The position numbers and the translations under genes are program-made. The notes beneath the pieces are model-generated. The model saw only the letters and a list, made by a program, of their open reading frames with translations, was not told the origin of the DNA and made no database searches. This document shows positions 50,304 to 63,494 of a stretch of DNA of 64,000 nucleotides, one piece after another; the first letter of the stretch is position 1, and every line of letters starts with the position of its first letter. This stretch comes from Zootoca vivipara (lineage: Eukaryota), in contig NC_083280.1 in the NCBI RefSeq assembly GCF_963506605.1, positions 26,226,001 to 26,290,000 of the forward strand. The letters are read 5' to 3'.

Positions 50304-51308
50304 GTTGTTGTTGTTTAGTCATGTCCAACTCTTCGTGACCCCATGGACCAGAGCACGCCAGGCACTCCTGTCCTGCACTGCCTCCCACAGTTTGGTCAGA
50401 CTCATGTTCGTAGCTTCGAGAACACTGTCCAACCATCTCGTCCTCTGTCATCCCCTTCTCCTAGTGCCCTCAATCTTTCCCAACATCAGGGTCTTTTCCA
50501 GGGAGTCCTCTCTTCTCATGAGGTGGCCAAAGTACTGGAGCCTCAGCTTCAGGATCTGTCCTTCCAGTGAGCACTCAGGGCTGATTTCCTTCAGAATGGA
50601 TAGGTTTGATCTTCTTGCAGTCCATGGGACTCTCAAGAGTCTCCTCCAGCACCATAATTCAAAAGCATCAATTCTTTTTTGATTAGCCTTCTTTATGGTG
50701 ATTAGCCTTCTTTATGGTCCAGCTCTCACTTTCATACATTACTACTGGGAAAACCATAGCTTTAACTATACGGACCTTTGTCGGCAAGGTGATGTCTCTG
50801 CCTTTTAAGATGGTGTCTAGGTTTATCATTGCTTTTCTCCTAAGAAGCAGGTGTCTTTTAATTTTGTGACTGCTGTCACCATCTGCAGTGATCATGGAAC
50901 CCAAGAAAGTAAAATCTCTCACTGCCTCCATTTTTCCCCCTTCTATTTGCCAGGAGGTGATGGGACCAGTGGCCATGATCTTGGTTTTTTTGATGTTGAG
51001 CTTCAGACCATATTTTGCGCTCTCCTCTTTCACCCTCATTAAAAGGTTCTTTAATTCCTCCTCACTTTCTGCCATCAAGGTTGTGTCATCAGCATATCTG
51101 AGGTTGTTGATATTTCTTCTGGCAGTCTTAATTCCGGCTTGGCATTCATCCAGTCCAACCTTTCGCATGATGAATTCTGCATATAAGTTAAATAAGCAGG
51201 GAGACAATATACAGCCTTGTTGTACTCCTTTCCCAATTTTGAACCAATCAGTTGTTCCATATCCAGTTCCAACTGTATCTTCTTGTCCCATGGACAAAGA
51301 CAACAGGC
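50304..51308 (-). mobile_element. BovB LINE, 1-kb 5'-truncated copy including part of the RT domain
   Basis: KGVQQGCILSPCLFNLYAE..NNLRYADDTTL; 13-bp TSD ATCACAACCATAT; frame broken by a 19-bp tandem duplication at 50681-50718. Confidence 0.95.
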
Positions 51309-52051
51309 ATCACAACCATATATTAATTAACCAAATTAATTAACCAAAACTGGCTGCAACCTTCCATTTCCACCCACCTTCTTTTAAGAATAAGAAAATT
51401 CAACATATTAACAGCTTAATGTTATGCATGTCTATTCAGAATTAAGTCCCATTGTGTTCAATGGGGCATACACCCAGGTTGAGCTGTTATAGGATTGCAG
51501 CCTAAGGAGTTAACACATCTGTAAAATAGCAGGAGTGACCTAAAATAGTAGTTGATCTTGGGCTTGTTTATTCTGCTGCTGAATTTCCAGTGTTATTTTT
51601 TACTGTGATGGTTCCTGCTGATTATCATGATATTTTTAGTAAGTGCTAACATCCAAGTTCAAAGTGGAAGTTATTTGAGGCTAAATAATATTTAAAGAGT
51701 TTTTAGAATGTTTATTGCTCTTCTTATTTTTCACCATCTCATCATAAAAATGAGTAACTATATAAATTCACTTGTAAGAGATTTAGCTGTGTTATAAGCC
51801 TGTTGCACCAAAAACAAAAGTATTTTAAAATGTTATTTCCTCTAGCACCTTATTTTCTGTATATTCCTGTCACTGGTTTCTGTGTTTTTCCGATTTTTTT
51901 TTTATTTTTTTTTTTTGCTTGCTTGCTTGCTAGACAAAATCTTCCTCTCCTCTGGATCTTTCTCTTACTATTCCTGATTTCTGGTGCTCCTGGTGAAACA
52001 AGCATGTGTATGTATGGGGAGGAGAGGCATTCCCATGGGGCTCCACCTGTG

Positions 52052-52140
52052 CATAGCTGTCAAGTTTTTCCTTTTCTCGCAAGGAAGCCTATTCAGCATA
52101 AGGGAATTTCCCTTTAAAAAGGGAGAACTTGACAGCTATG
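52052..52140. mobile_element. 89-bp hAT-type MITE, inverted copy of 25022-25111
   Basis: TIR CATAGCTGTCAAGTT / AACTTGACAGCTATG; TSD CACCTGTG / CACCTGTT. Confidence 0.87.
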
Positions 52141-52795
52141 CACCTGTTGGACCTTCTTCTCCAACCGAGTTTGTGAAGCGACTGGGGCGATGGAATAAAA
52201 GTTTGCCCACCATATCTTTGTTTAACTTTATTTTTAAATAACAAACAGCTGCAAAACATCCCTTCTCACCAGCCTTTCTTCAACAGTACTCAACAGCATT
52301 CCTTAACAGCATTCTATAACAGTACACACACTACACCATTTGATCAACTTAAACACAGTTTTCAAAATAATCAATTACCCTATCACATCGATGCATTTGG
52401 TGCAGCAGGTAAACTCTCCCCTGCTAATTAGTTAAATTGCTAAGATACCACAGGTGTGCTGGATTGTCAAGAGCTCACAGATGTGCTGCCATGCAGGTTA
52501 CACACCTCTGAGTAGCATCATTGACCACATTAATATCAGGAAAACCCAACACCACCAGCAATCTGTGTGCATCTATTTCAGTGTCTGAAGCAGGTCTATG
52601 CAACTAGCCTTACTTTGGACCTTGAAACAAATGTCTGTAGGTCAAGGATGCCCTTCTGCAGGAGGTATAGTGAAGGTACCTGCTACACCTCTACGGAGAT
52701 CTTATGCCACAGGCTAGTACTGGACGGCTCTGTTGCATGTTTAATTTTTATACGGTATTACTGATTTCTCATTTATTATTTCATTTCTTTTCCAG

Positions 52796-52917
52796 GAAGT
52801 TCACCATGAAAGACATATCAAGAAGTTTTGGGAAAAAGCCAAGCACATGTTCAAAACGATACAAATTGTGGGGCCTGAAGAATATCTGAGTCAAGCCGAT
52901 GCTAGGAACATGGGAAT
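52796..52917 (+). CDS. PLOD2: PLOD2 exon 10 ([41 protein letters not shown])
   Basis: ttccag| ... |gtaatt; 122 nt. Confidence 0.97.
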
Positions 52918-53489
52918 GTAATTTTATTTTTAACGATTTATCTCCTCAGATCTATATATGAACAGGAACAAAATGTGTAGGTTTAGATGGGAAGATGTCT
53001 AATTAAAATGAACACACAACATCCAAATCCTTGATGTAGTGGCCCCAACAATGTATTGTGTTTAGGAGCAATTCCTGCTGCTTGCTTGTAGGGCCTTTGC
53101 TTGTTGGCAAGGATTTAATGATCCACCGTTGAGACTTCCAACACACGTTTTTAGAGTGCTGAGAATAATAGTTCATGTTGAAACACAGCAGATGTTGTAG
53201 ATTATTCATCAGCCTCTCTGTTAAGATCATTATTTTATTTTTCAGTGTTTTTTTTTAAGAAGGATGGCTAACTTCTTTTAAAATTCAGCATCTAGCATTA
53301 ACATTCAAGTAATGTAAAATAGTAATAAAGCAATTGTAAAAGCCATTTAAAAAGCAGAAAGACTAGCGATAAAAATAGGGAAACAGCAGTTATAAAATAA
53401 ATCATCCATTAGAAGTTCAGGATGATAAAACTGTCTTGATCTGGCACCAGGAAGCTAACAACATAGGCACCAGCTGTGTGCCTCTAGGG

Positions 53490-53624
53490 GAGGCATCCCC
53501 AAACTCGCCCCCCAGCTGTTTTGGGACTACAATTCCCATCATCCCTGACCACTGGACCTGTTAGCTAGGGCTGATGGGAGTTGTAATCCCCAAACAGCTG
53601 GAGGGTCGAGTTTGGGGATGCCTG
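53490..53624. mobile_element. hAT palindromic MITE
   Basis: TSD CTCTAGGG; same core as 41555. Confidence 0.88.
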
Positions 53625-54371
53625 CTCTAGGGAAACTGGTCCAGAACTGGTCTGTACCACCAACCCCCCCCCTCCCCAAACTACTCTCTCCAATCTCTAC
53701 CCATCTCTAATAGGGTCATATTTGAGCTGCCCTGCTCAAATATTCACAAGTAAGGCACCTGTTATCATGCTTGTGAGCTGTGGTTTTCTTCTTTCCGAGC
53801 ATTTACTTGCCTGCACACCTTGATCCTGTGAATTCTCGCTGCCTCTCCCAAGGCCCAGACACTTGCCTCTGGGATGTGAGAAGCTGGTTGCGATTCTAGC
53901 AGATGTGGATGTTGCCAGGTCTCAACAACGTGTCTTTTTCCTCTGGAGTGGGGCTGCGTCCTGGAAAAAAAGAATCCATGTGGCTCTCAAACAACCTTTC
54001 CAATGAACAGAATAGCTCCCCCATTGGATGACCTGCAACATATGTTTGGGGTGATAACATACAGCTGTTTCCTCTTTCATTGAAAGGTTGCACCACAGGA
54101 AAAAAATATATCCAGCTGTTATAAATTATGAAAGTTCTGGGAACGAGAATGTTCATAGCTTTCAAAATGATCTATGTTCAATAGCTTTTATAATCAGATC
54201 CCAGTATCATCTTTGTCTCTTTTCTCTCGCGCACATACATGTGCCATTTACTTTAACAGTGCAGCACAACAGTTTAACATCACATTTTATTTTCCAACAG
54301 AATTCCCTGGTATTAAACCAGCCAACTATCTATGTCAGTATTTTGCTAACATCCATACCTTAACTGCAATA

Positions 54372-54477
54372 GGGTCATCTGGTCTAATCCCCTACAATGC
54401 AGGAATCGTTTTGCCCAAAGTGGGGCTTGAGCCCATGACCGTGGGATTAAGAGTCTCATGCTCTCCCAACTGAGCTA
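54372..54477 (-). mobile_element. tRNA-Lys-derived SINE
   Basis: TTAAGAGTCTCATGCTCT..AACTGAGCTA is the reverse complement of the tRNA-Lys head. Confidence 0.8.
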
Positions 54478-55237
54478 TTGGGTGAGGCTCCGGTCCAATA
54501 GTAAAACAGTAAACTAGAGTTATGTTTCCCACTTACCTACCTGTCTGTCACCTGGGGGATACTATTGTGATCAGAAATTAGAGTTGTACATAGAGGACAA
54601 TGGTTGTATTAATATGTAATTCATATTTGCATTCATGTATTCAGGAATAGGTATGAAATAGGTATGGCAGGTATCCATAAATTGCTATTGTATTGCCAGA
54701 TTAATTTTCAACAAATAGGTGTAAAGTTGTCTTAATTAATGACATTGTTATTAAGAATTATTTTTTTCATTTACTGGGAAGGGAAAAGTTAATTACAGTG
54801 TGAATTTAGGAAAGATTTGGGGTTTTGAAAATATTGGGAATACAGCTCTCCAAATCTGGGGGAAATAGAGGAATTTCACTATGCAAATCTTCCAGAAGAT
54901 GGACGAATTTCCCCTAATTGGTAGTAACATCACCTTCAAAAATCCAAGACATCTTTGCAGAAGAGTGAGACTGGTATTTTGAAAAACTTCCTTCTGGTGG
55001 ATAGATAAATCAAGTGAAACCCAGATTGTATTATTAGTCATAAAATCTATTACTTTCAACTACTAACACTTGCTTTAAGTAGACTTGTTTTAGAAGTCGA
55101 GTTGCCAATTCAGGTAGCTATTAAGCAAAGGAACTTCTTAAATGCACACTGCAGTCATATGCTTAAAACTATTATCATCTCTTTGGAATGGAACATGTTT
55201 ACAATGCTAATGCCTTGTGTGTCTCTTCCTTTTCAAG

Positions 55238-55342
55238 GGACATCTGTCGGCAGAATGAAGAATGCAACTATTATTTCAGCATAGATGCGGATGTTGTTTT
55301 AACGAACCCCAGTACTTTAAAACTATTGATAGAACAGAATCG
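55238..55342 (+). CDS. PLOD2: PLOD2 exon 11 ([35 protein letters not shown])
   Basis: ttcaag| (AAG acceptor) ... |gtacgt; 105 nt; DADVVL motif. Confidence 0.97.
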
Positions 55343-55676
55343 GTACGTTTATGGCAGGAGGGGTTGGGAAACTTATCAATTCTAGGTTCTTTTATTGGTT
55401 TCAGTGACTACTACAGGTTTGTTTAGTAATTCCTTGAAACAGATTTCTCATGAAAGAAGATATACCGGGTGGCATCCAGTGGTTTTCATCTGCCAGTAGA
55501 GTAGATTTCCATTTGTGCAGTGGTGTTTCCCATTCCTATCTCTGTACCTAAAAACTGCGGAGAGCTGCGGTGGGGGAGGAGAGCAAAATTACTTCTGCAT
55601 CACTGGATAGCGCCATTATGAGAATATTAATGCACTCCTTTATGTGAAAACTAGCCTTCCACTATGATTTAGGGGG

Positions 55677-55717
<41 letters not shown>

Positions 55718-55758
55718 ATATCCAATAAAACAACACAATATAACACTTGTCATATAAA

Positions 55759-56247
55759 TCCAACTAATCCAGAATGCGGCAGCTAGACTAGTGACTGGGA
55801 GCAGCCACCGAGACCATATAACACTGGTCTTGAAAGACCTACATTGGCTCCCAGTACGTTTCCGAGCACAATTCAAAGTGTTGGTGCTGACCTTTAAAGC
55901 CCTAAATGGCCTCGGTCCAGTATACCTGAAGGAGCGTCTCCACCCCCATCGTTCTGCCCGGACATTGAGGTCCAGCGCCGAGGGCCTTCTGGCGGTTCCC
56001 TCGCTGTGAGAAGCAAAGCTACAAGGAACCAGGTAGAGTGCCTTCTCGGTAGTGGCACCCACCCTGTGGAATACCCTCCCATCAGAGGTCAGAGAGATAA
56101 ACAACTACCTGACATTTAGAAAATACCTAAAGGCAGCTCTGTTTAGGGAAGTTTTTAATCTGTGATATTTGATGTATTTTAATGTTTGCTGGAAGCCGCC
56201 CAGAGTGGCAGGAGAAACCCAGCCAGATGGACGGGGTATAAATAATA

Positions 56248-56305
<58 letters not shown>

Positions 56306-56317
56306 TATTATTATTAT
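55759..56317 (+). mobile_element. L2-clade LINE 3' end with long (TTA)n tail
   Basis: QLIQNAAARLVTG..DHITLVLKDLHWLPVRFRAQFK. Confidence 0.88.
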
Positions 56318-57075
56318 AGAAAAAGGAAAAAACCTCCCCTTGACTTCCCTCAACTTCCCCTTCTGGTTCCTTAAACTTCTGCTTAATTATTATCTTATTT
56401 TTATAATCTTATACCTTAATACTCTTATTTTCTTATCAGTTTTATACCAAATTTTCCTTCATGATTACATCCTACAGTCCAAATCCAAATCACTTCATTT
56501 CAGCTTTAAGCTCATAGACATAATAAAACAAGAACAGAAACGCGCACAATTTGATTTACAACTAAAAGGTAAAATAGCTGAAAGGATATACAGAATTAAA
56601 TAAGGATATAATAAAAGAATTTCAAGTTCTATATAACAATTACATCCTACAGTCGTTTTCATTCCATGTTGTTCTTAACCGTTGATCTTATTTTCTTACT
56701 TGTAAGTGTTTAATGATCAAACCCTGCCAGTAATTCCATATCTTTACAGTATTTCTGTAAATACAAGGGAAAAGGTTCCCAGTCTTTTTAAAATTCTGAT
56801 TTAGGGGGCTCTTCTTAATCATTTGAATGCTCTGTTGGTGGATATGTTCTGTGGGGATAGACGACCCCCCCCCCCAATGCTTCTCTGCGCATCTTGGAGT
56901 AAAGGCACTTCCTTCGGCGTATTTGCTTTTTGATCACATCAACTTTCTTGACTTTGAGGACAATGTGTCTACAAGAGAGACTGGGTTTCACTATGTGTCA
57001 GTTAAGGCTTTAAAGAGCTATTTTATCATTCACACCGTTAATCCATTATCCTGATTGGCAGCCTCTTTCCTAGAC
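56318..57075 (-). mobile_element. Probable degraded L1-clade fragment
   Basis: Composition and 3'UTR-like similarity to 34340-34800 and 43790-44620. Confidence 0.35.
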
Positions 57076-57409
57076 ATCAGGCAGATATCTTTCATCGCTG
57101 TTCTACCAGAAGCCTTTCAGTGGGAATGCGAATGATGGAATATAAGACTTTATGCATGCATGCATAACATATACTCTTCGCTGAGCTATGGCCCTTGAAA
57201 TTTCACGTTGCAGTTGTTGCTTTACAAATTCAGAATTCAGAAAGACTGGTTTTCTCACTATCCCAGAGGCAGTGACTAGAAGCAAAGAGGCCTATTTAGA
57301 ATAAGTGACAGCTATTAACATCCGTCTCTTCCCCAGTTATGGAGCTCCTCCTTGTGATTGCCTCACATTTCAATCTTTTTGTTAACTTTCAATGCAATCA
57401 TGTTTTTGA

Positions 57410-57541
<132 letters not shown>

Positions 57542-57822
57542 TAAGTTACCATAACTGTTTGCTCTTTTGCATAGGTGCCAACTATGTGGGGCCCTGGGTG
57601 CCTGGGTACCCACAAATTTTAAATGAAGGGGCTGCTACACACACACACCCCAGATTCCACTTGGTGGCGTGCGCACACTGTGGCGCACTTTGATGTCACA
57701 TCAACACACCCCTGTGACGTACAGGAGTTGACATTGGCACACTGCGAGTGTGCCAGCGCTGCACATGAGCACACCCCGGCACATGTAATTCCACATACAG
57801 ACACCCAACAGCTATCCCAATA

Positions 57823-58048
57823 CAGTGGTACCTCTGGTTAAGAACTTAATTCATTCTGGAGGTCCTTTCTTAACCTGAAACTGTTCTTAACCTGAAGCAC
57901 CACTTTAGCTAATGGGGCCTCCTGCTGCTGCCGCACCACAGGAGCACGATTTCTGTTCTCATCCTGATGCAGAGTTCTTAACCTGAGGTACTATTTCTGG
58001 GTTAGCAGAGTTTGTAACCTGAAGGGTTTGTAGCCTGAGGTACCACTG
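57823..58048. mobile_element. Tigger/pogo-like MITE
   Basis: TA-CAGTGGTACCTC ... GAGGTACCACTG-TA; internal AACCTGA repeats. Confidence 0.85.
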
Positions 58049-58460
58049 TAGTAGTAGTTGTTGAAAAACCACCTTGCTCATACTTCTTTTGATTTGGCAC
58101 GTATGTATGTATTGATCATATTCCAGCTTTGCTCCAAGGAGCTGGCTTCGTGGTTGAGCAAAGAACTCACTGGGTAACCTTGGGCTGGTCAACCAAACCT
58201 ACCTCACATGGTTGTTGTTGAGGATGAAATGGGGAGGAAAAGAACCATGAATGCCACCTGGAGTTTTTTGGAGGAAAGATGGGGTATAGAACATACATGA
58301 CATGCCACATCAACATATGTGTTAAACAAGTTGGTTCGGGGGAGGGCACTATTGTGGTGGCTGTATTGACTATTGCTTCAGTGAACATTAAAGTGAAGTA
58401 TTTCTAAGAAACAGTCAGCTGTGAGTAGTTTTCAGCCCTTTTTCGGTTAACTAATCCCTG

Positions 58461-58796
58461 CTGTGGGACAAACCACAGAGCCCAGGGCTTGCTCATCAGA
58501 AGGTCGGCGGTTCGAATCCCTGCAATTGGGTGAGCTCCTGTTGCTCGGTCCCAGTTCCTGCCAACCTAGCAGTTCAAAAGCACGTCAAAGTGCAAGTAGA
58601 TAAATAGGTACTGCTACAGTGGGAAGGTAAACGGCGTTTCCGTGCGCTGCTTTGGTTCGCCAGAAGCGGCTTTGTCATGCTAGCCACATGACCTGGAAGC
58701 TGTACGCCGGCTCCCATGGCCAGTAAAGCAAGATGAGCGTCACAACCCCAGAGTCGGTCACGACTGGACCTAATGGTCAGGGGTCCCTTTACCTTT
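58461..58796 (+). mobile_element. Sauria SINE
   Basis: B box GGTTCGAATCC; ACCTTT tail. Confidence 0.9.
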
Positions 58797-59163
58797 CATC
58801 CTTGTAACGTGTTGAAATATCCTGTGGATATCCTCAAAACCCATCTCCATGCATGCCCCACAGTCAAAGTAAAAAATAAAAACCAAAGAAGAATCTGGTA
58901 AGGAGGACTTTATTTAACACTTGTAAATTTCTGCATAACCCGGGGTTGTAAAAGGGGGGGGGCTCTTGATAGTGTGACCCACTTACTTTGAACTGCTTGC
59001 ATTGACTGTGTATTAAATTCCTTCAGCATATCCCAAACAATTTGCTTTCCCCATATTTCCCACGAGTTTCTGTTCTGGCTTTTTCCTCAGCCAGAAGCCA
59101 TTAAAGAAGGAATTAATTGATATTGTTATAAGCTGGCTATTATTGGGGGAATATTGGAAAACT

Positions 59164-59517
59164 GGGACGCAGGTGGCACTGTGGGTTAAACCACTGAGCC
59201 TAGGGCTTGCTGATCAGAAGGTCAGCAGTTCGAATCCCTGCGACAGGGTGAGCTCCCGTTGCTCGGTCCCAGCTCCTGCCAACCTATCATTTTGAAAGCA
59301 CATCAATGTGCAAGTAGATAAATAGGTACCGCTCTGGCGGGAAGGTAAATGGCATTTCCGTGTGCTGCTCTGGTTCGCCAGAAGCGGCTTTGTCATGCTG
59401 GCCACATGACCTGGAAGCTGTACGCCGGCTCCCTCAGCCAATAACGCGAGATGAGCGCCGCAACCCCAGAGTCGGTCACGACTGGACCTAATGGTCAGGG
59501 GTCCCTTTACCTCTACC
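59164..59517 (+). mobile_element. Sauria SINE, full length
   Basis: Starts GGGACGCAGGTGGC; 12-bp TSD TATTGGAAAACT. Confidence 0.92.
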
Positions 59518-60233
59518 TATTGGAAAACTAATAAAAATTTATTTGAAGAAAAAAAAACCATAAAAGAAGTGACATATAAAGATGTTGGTTCTTGGAAAGG
59601 CTACTTTTAATTCTGTTTCCTTGTAATTGCCATGTATTTTAATTTATAAGCTGATTTTGAAGAGTATGTGCTCTGTCAATAGCTTTAATTGAATAAAAAA
59701 TGGAAGGGAGATTTAAAAGTGAATGTTCTCAATTCAGCTATTTTCTGATTTTATTCTTGTTTATTTCTCTGTGAGCGAGGAACCTGACCTGAAAAACAAG
59801 CAAAAAATGATTGATTTTGCTTGTTTATTGTTTGTCCAGCTTTAGAAACCTGCCACAGGGTCAAGTAGCATTGTGGGACATGTGGTTCTACAGCCGGGTG
59901 TTAAATATAATTTTAGAATGGTTCAGTTTGTGCCTTTCTCTATGTGGTTGCATTACCAAATATTCCACAGTAACTTATTGGTCTCCTTACTCTTGTTTAC
60001 AAATGGATAATGTTCTCTCAGTTCTGTAGTTCTGTATAGTGGAGCTCTGTGGAGCTTCTCCGCAACAAGGGTACAGATGATTTTAAAAAAAATTACACTC
60101 GCATAGTATTTCCATCCTGTTTGAGGAGTGCAAAATTCTCACCATAGGAAACAAATGATGAAAAATGATGAAACTTAAATGAAATTCACCCAAGTGTATA
60201 TTACACGCAACTCAATTTACCATTTTCCTCCAG

Positions 60234-60375
60234 GGGTGTCTGGAACATCCCTTATGTGGCTAACATATATCTGATCAAAGGACAAACACTCAGATCTGAG
60301 ATGAAAGAGAGAAATTATTTTGCAAGGGACAGGTTGGATCCTGATATGGCCCTCTGCAGGAATGCCAGAGAAATG
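60234..60375 (+). CDS. PLOD2: PLOD2 exon 13 ([47 protein letters not shown])
   Basis: ctccag| ... |gtgagt; 142 nt. Confidence 0.98.
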
Positions 60376-61510
60376 GTGAGTTGCATGAGCTTTGAAAATG
60401 TCTCGCTACACTTTGGTTGTTCTTTCTTTCCAATTTAAAGTACTAGCCAATTTTTTTGTGAGTTACAATCACTTTTCTGACTCTTTGTTACCTCTTCACA
60501 ACGGCAGCAGTTAAACCAATTCACATCACAACTTTTTGGCTTTGAGTATAGTTACCACTCATAAATATTGTGTGCTGCCTGTTTCTGAATGCAAAATTAC
60601 TTGTGAACTTAATCAATACCTACTTCATATGGTAATTGTAGCTCAGCGCTGATTTTCCATTTTTTCTAAATTTTGTTGTTGAGTTAGTAAACCATCGCAA
60701 ATGCTATATGTTGTATGAAGGATACAATAGAACTGATATCACATTATTGCATTTTAGAATTGTCTTTTTCAAGGGCAGGAATGATTGATCTTGTTATTTC
60801 AAGGCAGATTAAATTTTGCTAAACAGGAACAATGTTCCTTGTCGCTATTAGCGTTTAATGGATGCTAGCATTATGAGAACATATATGAATATCATTGCAA
60901 TACAAATGTAAATCTGTATCTGTACTGATATCTACACTAGTTCCAGAGCAGAATCAAATGACAGCTATTTCCAGGCAATGTAGCATTGAAAAATAATTTT
61001 GCTGAATTGAACAAGAAAAGTTGGCAAGTATTGAAGTTTATTCCCTCCAAGGCATGATTTTCTTTTGTTTGTACTCGTTCTGCAGAAGAGTCCAATCAGC
61101 ATTCTCTTGTTCTCAACCTTTCTTGCATCGGTTATTGCAATCTGTGCTTACAACGTGCTCACGTTCAACTAATCTGACTTTGTGGCTCGTCAGAAAAAGT
61201 CTTCTTTTTCTCATTCTTATGCTGTGAAGCAGCCTGGTACGAGCTTGTCTCTGTGTGTATGTTTTTTAAAAAATACATATACATATATCTGTATATATAT
61301 GTTGCAGCAGATAAGAGGCTGAGAGTTCAAGCTTTTAACCCGTACGTTTTAAGCTTTGCTTAGAGCTGCATGATGTCCGTAAAAGGTACAGCTTTTGATT
61401 AAAGGATCTTGTTTATCTAACATGGCAGCAGAAAGCGAATGCAGCTCTAACAGTGCAAAAGAGAGCAATGAAAGGTCAACTGACGTGGTCCTTCTCCTCC
61501 TTCGTTTTAG

Positions 61511-61573
61511 ACCTTACAAAGGGAAAAAGGCTCCCCTTCTGCGGAAACATTCCATATGCTCAGACCCCCAAAG
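61511..61573 (+). CDS. PLOD2: PLOD2 alternative exon 13A (TLQREKGSPSAETFHMLRPPK), LH2b/long isoform
   Basis: ttttag| ... AAG|gttttt; 63 nt, phase 0-0. Matches the recalled human 13A peptide [21 protein letters not shown]. Confidence 0.95.
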
Positions 61574-62190
61574 GTTTTTCTTTCTTTTCATTTTTTTACT
61601 CATTTATTACAATGCGGCTTTACTCTCCTAGAGGGAGGTATCTCCTTCCGTTCCCTGTACCCCAGTGATAACTGGGCATTGTTTTGTCTTGAGCTTTTAG
61701 CCCCATGGATACAACTTTTGCAAAACCAATCTGTTCCCCCCCCCCTGTGGCCATTAAATCACGAATAGAAGGGAAACAGCTGTCAGTGCTGCCCCATACA
61801 AACATTTGTACAATAATTCACACAGGGATATGTCGAGTAGGTTCTATAGATAGCGGTCAATTGGCTGCTGGCATTTACCTGACCTCCTGTCACCCACATC
61901 GCTACAGTGTATTAGGAAAGGAAAGGCCGCTGTGATGCTGACATACTGGCAAAGCCAAGCTGGTGGGTGTGCACCAAACCAACTTCAGCTCTGCCTTGTC
62001 CCTACTCTGTGGCATGTCCCAACAACGGGGGTGTCAGGAGGTTAGGTAAGTGCCACCACTTCAGCGACCCTTCTGATCGGCAGTTTTCATGATTATGCTT
62101 GTTTGGGTTGCCCAAGGTCTTGTGAAGCCTTTTGTCCAAATGGAAGGACATACTTTTTGTTTCTTCTGTGTTTTCACAGGATGTGAGCAG

Positions 62191-62597
62191 AATAATAATA
62201 ATAATTTATTATTTATACCCCGCCCATCTGGCTGGGTTTCCCCAGCCACTCTGGGCGGCTTACAACAGAAAATGAAATAAAACAATTAAACATTCAAAGC
62301 CTCTCTAAACAGGGCTGCCTTCAGATGTCTTCTAAAAATCTGGTAGCTGTTTTTCTCTTTGACATCTGTTGGGAGGGCGTTCCACAGGGCAGGTGCCACC
62401 ACCGAGAAGGCCCTCTGCCTGGTTCCCTGCAACTTGGCTTCTCGCAACGAGGGAACCGCCAGGAGGCCCTCAGTACTGGACCTCAGTGTCCGTGCAGAAC
62501 GATGGGGGTGGAGACACTCCTTCAGGTATACTGGACTGAGGCCATTTAGGGCTTTAAAGGTCAGCACCAACACTTTGAACTGTGCTCGGAAACGTAC
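62191..62597 (-). mobile_element. L2-clade LINE 3' end
   Basis: ORF 62286-62621(-) VRFRAQFKVLVLTFKALNGL..LKAALFREALNV. Confidence 0.88.
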
Positions 62598-63494
62598 CTC
62601 CTTCTGCATGCAGGAGGGCACGTTTCAGCCCAACAGTAGCACATTTTCCACATTTTTGAGTGTGTAAGCCAGTATGCTAGTGTACTTAAACATATACTGT
62701 ACCCAAAATTCTGATGTGGCATAATCGCCAAAAAGCAACCTTTCCTCATTCTTTTAATGTAAATCATTCTTGTGCTACAAGGCCCTGCTTCCTAGTTATA
62801 TACATGTGAGAATCACAAATTTTGTGGTATCGTCTAAGTAGCAACTCATTTTAGCATTGACTATTGCTTCTAAGATTCTGTCTCCATTAATTTCATTGCG
62901 AGCTCATGTTCCATTGAGACTAATGGAGATTTGAGGATTTTATCTTTGAACTTTCTTTGTCTTTCATTTAGCTATATCACTTTCACTTGTTTTGGAAGTT
63001 AAAAAGGCTGTATCCAATGGGTTTCACTCAGCTGACAGTAAAGCTCCTGCTAGCAGAATGCAGAGGGAATGGATTTTTGGAAATTTCCCTCCCTCCCATA
63101 TGCTCCTACTTTCCTAAAACCCCAGAGGGACTCTTAACCCAGATTTAGAGGGGAAGAGAGGCTGCAGGGGGTGGTGGTGGGAGGAATTGTGGGAAACTCA
63201 TTCATTCCCTGAAGCCTTACGATCAGCTGATAGAACCCAGATTATGTGACCCTGTTAATAAATGAATGAATCTATGAATGGGGCCACTCCACATCATTCG
63301 AGAGGTAGTCCCACCATTAGCAAATAAAAGAAGCCACAGCTGTTAGCAGCATAATAGCGTCAAATTTCACAATGGATTTTTTTATGGAAGGGTGGAAAAA
63401 ATAATGAAATATAATGCCAAAATAGTCTTTAAGCCAAGAACCAAACAGTCATTAGTGAATTGCATAAAGTTAAATACAATTTAATGGGCTCTTT

